In this document: piece by piece, positions 1-8,951 of the stretch | Layout: each line of letters opens with the position of its first letter | Numbering within the stretch: the first letter of the stretch is position 1 | From: Nitrosopumilaceae archaeon | GTDB taxonomy: Archaea; Thermoproteota; Nitrososphaeria; Nitrososphaerales; Nitrosopumilaceae | Length of the DNA: 64,000 nt | Assembly: GCA_965207375.1 (NCBI GenBank) | Contig: OZ242274.1 | Location: 352,001-416,000, forward strand | Direction of reading: 5' to 3' | Program-made: the position numbers and the translations under genes | Notes under the pieces: generated by a model | Databases searched by the model: none | What the model was told of the DNA's origin: nothing | Seen by the model: the letters and a program-made list of their open reading frames with translations, nothing else

Positions 1-1551
1 TTCTTACTGAAAAATTTGATCAAATGGATAAACAAATTAAAGATCTACAAAAAGACAATCATCTAAAAGATGTAAAAAGTGAACAAGTGATTGCAGAAAA
101 TAAACAGCTAAAAGAAGAAATGGTTCAACTAAAAAAACTCATAGCAAAGCTGCAAAAGAAAAAAACAAGATCCAGTCATGTCAGTAGCTATAACACCAGA
201 GAGTACAAGGGATACCCAAAGATCAAAAAACAAAAGACACAGCCAAAATATACACAGCAAGAATCTGAGACTAACAATCTAACCATAGATCACAAGTTTT
301 GTCCACAATGTGGTAATGCTCTTGCAGATTCATCAAGCAAATACACCAGAAACGGTGAATCAATAATAGACGGCAAATGGTCTAACGTCAATATGACCAT
401 TGTAGGCAGATACTGCAAAAAATGTGCACAAATGCAATATGCAAAACCTGTTGACTTTTTGTCCAATGAAAAATTTAGCATCACTATAATGGCAAGAATT
501 TCTACAATGAGACACCTGACTATATCGTATGGCAAAATACAGAAACTCTTGCAGATGTTTTACGGCAAAAATATGGCAATCTCTACACTAGAAAGACTTG
601 ATGCGCAAGCCTCAAAATGCCTAGAACCGCTCTACTATTCGCTTCTTGATGAGATTACCAAGGCAAAAATCGTAGGAGGTGATGAAACAGGATGGTATCT
701 AAACGGCAAACTATGCTGGGCATGGGTGTTTCATTCGATATACACGGTAGTATATCACATCTCACAATCTAGAAGCAAAATGGTATCTGAGACGTTTCTA
801 AAGGATTTTGAGGGCATACTAATGGGTGACTCTCATCCTGGATGGAGTGTTGCAGACATACTTCAAAAATGCCTGCTACACTATTTCAGGGACATGTACA
901 GAACGCTTGAAAAAAATGACAAAAAAGAATTTCAGAGCTTCTTTGATGAACTATACAAGATACTAAAATCTGCAATAAAGCTTGGCAAAAAACATGACAC
1001 AGTACAGGACATTGCAAAGGGCAGTATAACCAAACTGCAAAAAAGAATCAATGCACTTGCTACAGGAACATATGAGGATGAAGATTGTCTCATATATGTA
1101 AAGCGACTAAAGCGTGAGGGTAACTCTTTGCTGACATTTCTAAAATATGATGGCGTGCCGTACCACAACAACGCAAGCGAGCAGGCAATGCGCATATTTG
1201 CCATAATGCGAAAAGTATTCTACGGTAGTCGCTCAGAGAAAGGCCTCAAAACCACAGAGATACGTCAAAGCATATTTGCCACATGTGAAAGGCGCGATGT
1301 AAATCCGTATCCGTTTGTCAAGGAATATCTGCGTGGCAATATCAAAGAAATCCCCATGCCAAAAGTCACAGTTGCTGCATGATATAATCAAATGTACAGT
1401 GTATAATACACAAAATTTGATGCTGTATGATCATTTCTATAGTCTGGATATGTTCTGTGCCGGTTCATTGTCGTAAACTGCACTAGGGTTTTGCATGCAG
1501 TTTCATGGATCATCTAAAAACCAGAGTAACTTCAGAAGGTCGATCTGTTAC
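1..1551 (+). mobile_element. IS66-family element, right part (left end outside window)
   Basis: IS66 transposase followed by ...GGTCGATCTGTTAC (reverse complement begins GTAA, typical IS66 terminus); HNH-gene codons start immediately after 1551. Confidence 0.8.
24..1382 (+). CDS. IS66-family transposase (frame is open upstream to the window edge, so it may start earlier)
   Basis: Coiled-coil N-terminus, CPQCG...CKKC zinc finger, GDETGW, QKCLLHYFR, HNNASEQAMR and GSRSEKG motifs. Confidence 0.93.
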   Translation: MDKQIKDLQKDNHLKDVKSEQVIAENKQLKEEMVQLKKLIAKLQKKKTRSSHVSSYNTREYKGYPKIKKQKTQPKYTQQESETNNLTIDHKFCPQCGNALADSSSKYTRNGESIIDGKWSNVNMTIVGRYCKKCAQMQYAKPVDFLSNEKFSITIMARISTMRHLTISYGKIQKLLQMFYGKNMAISTLERLDAQASKCLEPLYYSLLDEITKAKIVGGDETGWYLNGKLCWAWVFHSIYTVVYHISQSRSKMVSETFLKDFEGILMGDSHPGWSVADILQKCLLHYFRDMYRTLEKNDKKEFQSFFDELYKILKSAIKLGKKHDTVQDIAKGSITKLQKRINALATGTYEDEDCLIYVKRLKREGNSLLTFLKYDGVPYHNNASEQAMRIFAIMRKVFYGSRSEKGLKTTEIRQSIFATCERRDVNPYPFVKEYLRGNIKEIPMPKVTVAA

Positions 1552-2155
1552 GATTTCTCTTAGAGTACAGTAGCAAGTACGATGATCCTTGTGTAAAATA
1601 TTCAGAGATAGCAAAATATTTTTTCAAATACTATTGGCTACAAGAATGTAAATCAAAGCTACGACAGGGACCACAAAATCAGGCAGTTGGAGTAATAGAA
1701 AAGATAAGAGAGGAATTCAAAAAAGATTCGTATCCTGAAACGTTTGAGGAGATAGAAAAAGAAGAAGAACAAAAAATAAAAAATTGCATTAAAAAAATCA
1801 CCCCCATATGCCGCAAGGACGTAATACACAGATTTCAGGGGAAACGTGAGGAGAGTAAGATATTTTACAAGTATTTTGCCAAAGATTACAAGGACAAGTC
1901 AGGTAACATGGGAACAGATCCCAAGGGTGGTATACTGTTAAACCCAGACGCAATGCGATTCTTCAAAAGAAACTTTGTACCGCTATACAAGTCAGTAATT
2001 CTTGAATGGATACGTTTTCTTGACAAGAAAAATTTTGGTGTGCCGTATATAGTAGACAAAATAGAGGGAAACAATACAGGCCCAAGGGATCAGAAAAGAT
2101 TCCTCAAATATCTTAAACTGTTTGAGGATAGGTGTTTTTACTGTAATGACTCTTT

Positions 2156-3649
2156 GTACTTGTTCACCTATTTTTGAGCATTTTTGGCCCTAAATGTACC
2201 GAACCAGCTCTGCTAGATAATCCTGTCCCAGATTCTTCCAGGTAGTAACACACGTATACAGATTGCCTCTACGCTCCATACTTTTTTCAGATCTGAGACA
2301 TCCACGTATTCTCCTGCACACGACATACTCACGCAGGCTCTGCTCTGCAAGATTGCTTGTAGATGGTATACGAGGGTCTATGACAAACCGGAACATGTCA
2401 GGTATGGCCCGTGACAGTTTTGCTACAAATTTACCCACAATTTCATCATTGGCATACCTTTTGACAAGGTTACGTGTTCTTTTTTCCAATTGTACAGCAT
2501 ATGATTCTCTGTAATCAGGTGGTTTGTCTAGGACATGTTTGCCGTCATGGTATATTTTCTGTAGGCATTGTAGTGTATTTTTTGCAATTTTAGAATCTGG
2601 ATTCTTTTGTGATATTGTTTTGATTTCACGTATTAGGTGCGCGTTACATCTCTGGATGATATATCTGCGGTATGGAGGCCATCCGTCACAGGTAATGATT
2701 ATATCTTGTGAGTCACCTATTATTTCCTTGAGTACGTCTGCTCCTCTGCTGGGATTAATTATATAGAAATTCTCACTTGTAATTGGATTATGAAACGTCC
2801 ACAACCATATAGTCTTTCCATGCAGTCGCTCTGATGTCTCATCTGCTATCAGAATCTCGGCTTCCTGTATCTTTTCTTTTATCTCATTTGCAGGCACAAA
2901 TAACGCATCAGAGACTGTATCTATGATGTTTTGAATACCTCCTTCAGATATTTCGATTCCACGTCTTTTCATGGCCTCCTTGTTCATACGTACCGGCATG
3001 CGATGTATGTGATTATCCATTATCTCCTTTATCACTTCATTTCCAAACTGACCCTTTTTTGGAATGTCAACCTCGGGTGTAATGTCAGTAGCTCCACAGC
3101 AGTTGCAATGATACCCATGAATCTTGTGCTTGCAAGTATGTGGAGGAGGAGTTTTCACAATATCAGTTATTATCCTGATTTTGGTGTCTGTATGGTGTAT
3201 GTCTTGAGAACCACACTTGGTACACGTGTCTAATTTGTGCTCTTTTTCTTCATCTACTTTGACCTTGCGGGCTACACCTGTGCGACCAGGTTGTCCTCCC
3301 TGTTTTTTTCCAGTAGATTTTTTGTTCTCTGCACGTATTTTGCGGTCCTGCTTGCGTGTAATGGAATCCTTAGATGGAGGAGTATTGGAATTGTCATGAT
3401 AGTTGTCACGTTTGGTAAGCTCTTGAATTTTTTTATCTTTTTGTAGTAGGAGGTCATCTTTTTGTAATATGATTTTTTGTAAACTTGATACTAGAGATTC
3501 AAGAAGAAGGACTTTTCGGTGTTCCTTTTTGTATGCACTTTTCCAGTTGATGGTACTCATTATACAACTTGTGAGTCAGAATGATTTAGATCTGATGGTG
3601 ATCAAAATTTGAACAAATGGTGAAATTGTAGACACCACGTGAACAAGTA
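2156..3649 (-). mobile_element. IS66-family element (single ORF); its terminal C is displaced to 5071 by the IS110 insertion
   Basis: TIR GTACTTGTTCAC at 2156-2167 and GTGAACAAGTA (3639-3649) plus C (5071); 8-bp target duplication GACTCTTT at 2148-2155 and 5072-5079. Confidence 0.92.
2190..3560 (-). CDS. IS66-family transposase
   Basis: NSNTPPSKD, GKKQGGQPGRTG, CTKCG...CNCCG, ADETS, QRCNAHLIRE and TSNLAEQSLR motifs. Confidence 0.95.
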   Translation of the reverse strand: MSTINWKSAYKKEHRKVLLLESLVSSLQKIILQKDDLLLQKDKKIQELTKRDNYHDNSNTPPSKDSITRKQDRKIRAENKKSTGKKQGGQPGRTGVARKVKVDEEKEHKLDTCTKCGSQDIHHTDTKIRIITDIVKTPPPHTCKHKIHGYHCNCCGATDITPEVDIPKKGQFGNEVIKEIMDNHIHRMPVRMNKEAMKRRGIEISEGGIQNIIDTVSDALFVPANEIKEKIQEAEILIADETSERLHGKTIWLWTFHNPITSENFYIINPSRGADVLKEIIGDSQDIIITCDGWPPYRRYIIQRCNAHLIREIKTISQKNPDSKIAKNTLQCLQKIYHDGKHVLDKPPDYRESYAVQLEKRTRNLVKRYANDEIVGKFVAKLSRAIPDMFRFVIDPRIPSTSNLAEQSLREYVVCRRIRGCLRSEKSMERRGNLYTCVTTWKNLGQDYLAELVRYI

Positions 3650-3752
3650 TCCATGTGCCATATTATTAAAAATTCCCCACGTTTTTAATCCCGACATGTA
3701 TCCATGTGCCATATTATTAAAAATTCCCCACGTTTTTAATCCCGACATGTAT
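3647..3752. repeat. Exact 51-bp tandem duplication covering the IS110 right end
   Basis: GTATCCATGTGCC...CCCGACAT at 3647-3697 and 3698-3748, followed by GTAT. Confidence 0.95.
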
Positions 3753-3905
3753 GGCATAGCCTAATTCTAATTTCCAAACCGCAAGGGTCCAAAGATAAAG
3801 AAGCGAATACTTATCCATCCGAGTCAATCGCAATGATTACTCATTATCATTCTTCATTCTTTTATCAGGCATACTGCAATTACAAAACGAGGCAACAAAC
3901 TAGGT
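3700..3905 (-). ncRNA. Candidate IS110/IS1111 bridge (seek) RNA
   Basis: Non-coding region 3' of the recombinase; stem/internal loop/stem at 3794-3866 whose loop strands match the element's circle junction; boundaries approximate. Confidence 0.55.
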
Positions 3906-3912
3906 CTGTTCC

Positions 3913-4941
3913 TCATACATGTTCCCGCAACCGGGTATCCTGACTGTAATTTGTAATAAACTCTCTTCTCTCCTTGAGCATTGTGTGAATCATTCGTAAC
4001 ATCTTAGAAGCAGCAGCAACTGTTGCCTTTGATGTTCCTCTCTTTTTTGCAATCCTTATGAAAAATTTTGAAATATCAGAATTTGGTGCACACCTTACAT
4101 GAGACAGGACACTTTCTACTAGAACCCATCTGCATATGTTGCTTCCAGTATGTGTTATGTGTCCATAGTGTACCGTGTTTCCTGATGATCTAACCGATGG
4201 AACCACACCAATATACGAGCACAGCTTGTGTGATTTGACAAATCTTTCAATTCCGTCTATTGTACATGATATCACCAGTGCAGTATATGCTCCAACTCCT
4301 GGAATGCTTTGTAGTAAAGTTGCATCTTCATTTTCCTTTGCTGCCTGACGTATTCTGGCATCAGACTGGAGTATTTTGTCATTGATGAACGTAATTATAT
4401 CCAAATACGCATTTATCCTATAGTCATTTATTGCTCTGACCTGTGCAAGCCAAGGCGTGTAAAATGGTGCACCTGAGGGCTGGATTGATTTTTGTAGTAA
4501 AATTCCATGGACTGAATTTTTCAACCCTGTTCTGTGACGGACCAGAGTATATCGATAGTTTACCAAATCCCTGTTGTCCATGTTTTGTGCTGAGGGCACG
4601 TGGCACGGTATAGTGTATCCTCCTCTGAGTAAATCTGCTAGAATTTTAGCATCTACCTTGTCTGTCTTCTTTTTGGATTCTGCAATGAGTCTATTCATAC
4701 GAGGATTGGACAGTATGACATCTAGGTGTAACTTGTCTCTTATTTGAAAAAATGCAGCCTTCCATACAGATGAGGATTCAATTACTAGTTTTGAATTTGG
4801 ATGTATGTATCCTAGGCAATCCTTGATGTCCTCTGGATTGTTTCGTATCTTCTTGTTGGCCAGTTCATTACCGTCTGCATCCATGATAGATATCTGAATG
4901 GTCTTTTTGTGAACGTCTAGACCGACAAAACAGGGTTCCAT
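3913..4941 (-). CDS. IS110-family DEDD recombinase/transposase (likely start MEPCFVGLD at 4941)
   Basis: GLDVHKK, VIESS and KTDKVDA catalytic D/E/D/D; SIPGVG; YIGVVPSVRSSG serine motif. Confidence 0.95.
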   Translation of the reverse strand: MEPCFVGLDVHKKTIQISIMDADGNELANKKIRNNPEDIKDCLGYIHPNSKLVIESSSVWKAAFFQIRDKLHLDVILSNPRMNRLIAESKKKTDKVDAKILADLLRGGYTIPCHVPSAQNMDNRDLVNYRYTLVRHRTGLKNSVHGILLQKSIQPSGAPFYTPWLAQVRAINDYRINAYLDIITFINDKILQSDARIRQAAKENEDATLLQSIPGVGAYTALVISCTIDGIERFVKSHKLCSYIGVVPSVRSSGNTVHYGHITHTGSNICRWVLVESVLSHVRCAPNSDISKFFIRIAKKRGTSKATVAAASKMLRMIHTMLKERREFITNYSQDTRLREHV

Positions 4942-4990
4942 AGATACCCTCAATTTTACGGTTTTGTGTTTGTTTGCATTGGTGCTTGAG

Positions 4991-5021
4991 CGGGATCTTG
5001 TAGAACGGGATCTTGTAGAAC
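4991..5021. repeat. Exact 15-bp tandem duplication in the IS110 left non-coding end
   Basis: CGGGATCTTGTAGAA x2. Confidence 0.9.
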
Positions 5022-5511
5022 TTGGACTACTGCCATCATCTAATTTCCTTGATCGGGGCACATATGATTACGACTCTTTAAAGTTTGATAGCAAGACTCA
5101 CGTTGATCACGTGATTCCGTTTGATTACATCGGCGATACGAAAATGTGGAATTTGGTTTTGTCCTGTCAAAAATGTAACTGTGAAAAGCTTGGTAACCTG
5201 CCTCCCTGCTACTTTGTCAAAAGACTGACAAATCGCAATAAAAAATTTAAAAAAATAACTAACGAAGAATTAAACAAAAGCAATGACCGGAAAACTAAAA
5301 AGAACATGAAGGACATAAAGGAGATGCTAGACATGGAGGGCAAAGAGAATCTTGACTGGCATTATGCAAATGCAACCAACCATGGATATCCCATATTGAA
5401 TAACTTTCCAAAAAAAATCAAACGAATTATTTAAAAATATTATACAGACTAAATTGGATGTAAAATTTATGATTTTGTTATTTTTTATGCATGCTAATAT
5501 ACAATCACAAA

Positions 5512-5580
5512 TACGGAATATACAGGTTTTCACTGCCAATGCTACGGAATATACAGGTTTTCACTGCCAATGCTACGGAA
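5512..5580. repeat. Exact 31-bp tandem duplication (2.2 copies)
   Basis: TACGGAATATACAGGTTTTCACTGCCAATGC x2 plus TACGGAA. Confidence 0.92.
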
Positions 5581-5847
5581 CTATATTCTGAACAGAATGA
5601 CTAGTTTACACTAGACAAAAATGGGAAATCTTTTAGAATCAAATCATAGAGACAAAAATCCTTTACAAAAAAGTTACCTATGGATGATGCTCAATGATGA
5701 TTGTACAAACTAAGACATGATGACATGTTAGATCTGGGCACGGATTGTCGCTCTTCACGTAAATCAGCTAAACGAAATGTGGACAAAATAGGTCAAAATC
5801 TACCCCAAAATGCAAATAGAATAATAGGGGCGAGGTAAGAATTTGGG

Positions 5848-6702
5848 TCACATTTTTCTTAGCTGATCTGTGGGAACTTTTGATATCAAACCCGCATGTT
5901 TTGCTAAAAGTACCCCGATCAGTATGGCCACTGCAATAATTACTATGGTTCCAGAGGGTGCAGTACTGTAATAGTATGACAAAAGAATTCCGCTTATCAC
6001 AGATACAACTGAAATGCACATTGATATTCCAATTGTCTTTTTAAAGCCCTTTCCAAACATCATTGCAGAAATGTTTGGGATGACGACAAGAGCAGATATC
6101 AACAAAATGCCAACTAGTCTCATTGAGGTCACGACTGTTATAGATGCAAGTATGACAAATGCATAGTTTAACAAGGTGACTGGCAGTCCTGCAAGTTTAG
6201 CTTGCTCTTCATTAAATGTTAGTTGCAGGAACTGTTTTTGCAGTAAAACCAAGGTGATAATAATGCCCGTACTGATTGTAAGAATAATTATCATGTCCTC
6301 GTGACTTATCAGTAAAATACTTCCAAAGAGAAAGCTAAACAGATCGACTGAAAAACCGCCTGATGCGCTAATCAAAATAACACCGATTGACAGTCCAGAG
6401 ACTAAAACCACGGCTACTGCTGCATCTCCAGATATCTTTGTGCTTTGTCTAAGCTTTTGTAATCCTAATCCTCCCAAAATGGAAACAATGAATGCAGTCC
6501 AAAGCGGAAATATCCCTAGAACCAGACCTACCGATATTCCACCAAATGCAACATGTGCAATGCCGTCTCCAAATAATGAATATCTTCGAAGTACAAGAAA
6601 TGTGCCCATAAAAGAACAAATCAGGGCAACCGCAATTCCTGAGATCAGTGCTTTTTGAATGAATCCATAAGAGAGTACTTCAAGAACCATTTGGTAGATC
6701 AC
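5848..6702 (-). CDS. znuB: Zn/Mn ABC transporter permease
   Basis: LVLRRYSLFGDGIAH, FLFGSIL and MRLVGILLISAL motifs; multiple TM helices. Confidence 0.9.
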   Translation of the reverse strand: MIYQMVLEVLSYGFIQKALISGIAVALICSFMGTFLVLRRYSLFGDGIAHVAFGGISVGLVLGIFPLWTAFIVSILGGLGLQKLRQSTKISGDAAVAVVLVSGLSIGVILISASGGFSVDLFSFLFGSILLISHEDMIIILTISTGIIITLVLLQKQFLQLTFNEEQAKLAGLPVTLLNYAFVILASITVVTSMRLVGILLISALVVIPNISAMMFGKGFKKTIGISMCISVVSVISGILLSYYYSTAPSGTIVIIAVAILIGVLLAKHAGLISKVPTDQLRKM

Positions 6703-6710
6703 CTAAAATT

Positions 6711-7520
6711 TCAATGCATGTTATGGTGATGCATATGCATCTGCATCGATGATTCTGTGTATGTTTTTAAAAGTTCCTCATCAGAGAAGAATTTGTCTTT
6801 TTGTCCATGAAAGAACATTTTTTTGTTCATACATGCAACTTTGTTTGCATGTTTTGATATGGCATCAAGGTCATGAGACGACCAAATAATGGTAATTTTG
6901 TTTTCTTTATTTATCTTTTTGATAACATTATAGAATTTTGTTTGTGATTCAACATCTACACTAGTTACAGGTTCATCTAGAATAAGCAACACGGGATCTT
7001 TTACAAGTGATTTTGCAATAAAAACACGTTGTAGTTCTCCTCCGGATAACTCGCCAATTCTTCTGTTTCGCAAAGCTTCGAGTCCTACCGTCCTTAGAGC
7101 CTCAGTTACTTTGTCACTACTGTTTGTAATTTTTTTGTATACCCTATTCCAGCAACAGTCACATTGTTGAATCAGTTTGGTTCCCTTGAGGAGTTTGTTA
7201 TCAGATACTATTCCCATAGACACTATATCATATACGGTGGCAGGGAAATTCGGTTCAAATGTTACTTCTTGAGGCACGTAACCAATTAATGGCAATAGAG
7301 AACGATGCTTTGATCCTTCAAATCCAAATAGTTTGATTTTCCCAGAATACTGCTGTAATCCTAAAATTGCCCTAAACAGTGTGGTTTTACCTGCACCATT
7401 TGGTCCAACAATTCCAAGCAAATCTCCCTCACGCACATCAAAACTGATCTGTTCAACTGCCAGATGATTGTTATAACCTACATTAAGATCTTTTACATCT
7501 AGTACACTGGTCATTGACAT
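6711..7520 (-). CDS. znuC: Zn/Mn ABC transporter ATPase
   Basis: GPNGAGKTT, LSGGELQR, LILDEP and SSHD motifs; His-rich tail. Confidence 0.92.
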   Translation of the reverse strand: MSMTSVLDVKDLNVGYNNHLAVEQISFDVREGDLLGIVGPNGAGKTTLFRAILGLQQYSGKIKLFGFEGSKHRSLLPLIGYVPQEVTFEPNFPATVYDIVSMGIVSDNKLLKGTKLIQQCDCCWNRVYKKITNSSDKVTEALRTVGLEALRNRRIGELSGGELQRVFIAKSLVKDPVLLILDEPVTSVDVESQTKFYNVIKKINKENKITIIWSSHDLDAISKHANKVACMNKKMFFHGQKDKFFSDEELLKTYTESSMQMHMHHHNMH

Positions 7521-8797
7521 TCCAAAGCAATCCTTAGAGCTTTCAAGTTTTGTTCCATTTTATCAATATACGTGATGTTTTGTCCGATTTCATCTTGAGT
7601 CAATGCCTCAAGCGGACTAAACAACAAAACTTGGGCACCTGCCTCATCTGCAATTACCTCGGCAAGTCTAGGATCTACTAGTTCTTCGGCAAATATTACC
7701 TTGATGTCATTATCACGAATAAAGTCTACAAATTCTGCAATCTCTGCAGCCGAGGCCTCAGATTCGGGAGCAATTCCACCTAGAGGCATTATGTGAAGGT
7801 TGTATCTTTGGGCAAGATACGTAAATGCATTATGGAACGGAACAAATGTATCCTTGCTACATGATGATAAAGATGATTCAAAATTTGCATCCAAAGCATC
7901 TAGCTGTGCATTGTATGCTTGAGCATTTTGCTCATAATGTTCCTTATTTTGAGGATCTACTGTGATAAGACCGTCTCTAATGTTGTTTACTTGATGTTTT
8001 GCCAATATTGGATCTAGCCAGATATGCGGGTCAAACTCTAATTCATGATTGTGTCCGTCATGTTCATCTTCATGTCCTTCATCTTCATGTTCATCTTCAT
8101 GTCCTTCATCTTTGGCCTCATCGCCGTGTTCATCTTCCTCCATTCCCAGAATGAAATGATGTATTTCCTCAATTCCTTGCTCAGGGCTAAAATGACCATC
8201 CTCTACCTCATGTAACAGTTCTTCAATACCCTCAATTGTTTGATTGCCATGATCATGACCATCTCCTTCATGTTGATGTAAAATTTCCTCTATTTGTTCA
8301 AGTGTTTGTGATTCATTAATGTGTCCATGTTCATACTCTTCTATTATAGCCTCTAATTCCTCAATGAATTCTTCTGCATGTCCCATCTCTGTTTTAATTA
8401 ACTGAACTGACTCGGATGCTTTGAGAAACAACACATGGTTAAATTCTCCAGATTCTATCAGATTATCAACATAAGACTCTATTCCTAGTCCAGTGTATAC
8501 AAAAACATCTGCATCCTCAAGTGACTGAATCTCTAATGCTCTAGGTTCCCAGTCATGGGCCCCCACTCCAAATGGAAGGTACTGTTCTACGATTGCGTGA
8601 TCTCCGGCGACATTTTTGGTAAACTCATAGTATGGAAAAAAGGATGCAAAAACCTTGATCTTGTCTGTATCATCTATAACCGTCGGCTGTGGCGTGTTTG
8701 TAGGCATTGTACTGTCAAATCCGCCTGCAATAATGATTCCTGCAATAACTGCAACGGCGACGCCGATTCCGATTGATGCAATGACTGAGTTTTTCAT
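7511..8797 (-). CDS. znuA: Zn ABC transporter substrate-binding protein with long His/Glu-rich insert
   Basis: N-terminal TM anchor; AHDWEP, DPHIWLDP and HNAFTYLA motifs. Confidence 0.9.
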   Translation of the reverse strand: MKNSVIASIGIGVAVAVIAGIIIAGGFDSTMPTNTPQPTVIDDTDKIKVFASFFPYYEFTKNVAGDHAIVEQYLPFGVGAHDWEPRALEIQSLEDADVFVYTGLGIESYVDNLIESGEFNHVLFLKASESVQLIKTEMGHAEEFIEELEAIIEEYEHGHINESQTLEQIEEILHQHEGDGHDHGNQTIEGIEELLHEVEDGHFSPEQGIEEIHHFILGMEEDEHGDEAKDEGHEDEHEDEGHEDEHDGHNHELEFDPHIWLDPILAKHQVNNIRDGLITVDPQNKEHYEQNAQAYNAQLDALDANFESSLSSCSKDTFVPFHNAFTYLAQRYNLHIMPLGGIAPESEASAAEIAEFVDFIRDNDIKVIFAEELVDPRLAEVIADEAGAQVLLFSPLEALTQDEIGQNITYIDKMEQNLKALRIALECQ

Positions 8798-8814
8798 ATT
8801 ACCTTCTGCAACAA

Positions 8815-8876
8815 ATTATTAATAACGTAATATAAACTTAATAAAAACTCTCAGAATTTCTAAAATTATTAATAAT
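8815..8876. promoter_or_regulatory. Candidate operator palindromes between the divergent znuA and NikR-like genes
   Basis: TTATTAATAA at 8816-8825 and ATTATTAATAAT at 8865-8876; region is very AT-rich, so a chance match is possible. Confidence 0.4.
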
Positions 8877-8951
8877 AAAAAAGAAATAATTCATTTTAAA
8901 GTTATTAAAAAATAATACTAGGTTTAAATAATAATTAATAATCAGCATATT

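Larger units (their letters stand above)
3650..5070 (-). mobile_element. IS110-family element, IS1111-type
   Basis: Subterminal inverted repeat ATGTGCC lies 7 bp from the left end (TAATCAT-ATGTGCC) and 3 bp from the right end; no target duplication; long non-coding region downstream of the recombinase. Confidence 0.88.
1552..5434 (+). pseudogene. HNH endonuclease gene split by IS insertions (fragments 1552-2155 and 5080-5434)
   Basis: 1552-2155 reads FLLEYSSK...YFFKYYWLQECKSKLRQ...WIRFLDKKN...RCFYCND. It joins in frame to SLKFDSKTHVDHVIPF...WNLVLSCQKCNCEK once the insert and one GACTCTTT copy are removed. Collinear with the intact paralog at 55728-57125. Confidence 0.9.

Noticed and set aside
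4942-5061. Ser/Arg-rich N-terminal extension of the IS110 recombinase
   Set aside because: Runs through the non-coding left end and the 15-bp duplication; the homologous remnant at 9454 starts at the position equivalent to 4941
4964-5071. N-terminus of the 156-aa ORF 4964-5434 as a real gene start
   Set aside because: These codons are IS110 end sequence fused by chance to the HNH C-terminal fragment
2156-5071. IS66 plus IS110 as one composite transposon that moved together
   Set aside because: Nested insertion explains the ends better: removing 3650-5070 restores a perfect IS66 TIR next to the target duplication
5512-5580. 31-bp repeats as a mini CRISPR array
   Set aside because: Copies are directly adjacent with no spacers, and no cas genes are present; the same holds for the 51-bp repeat
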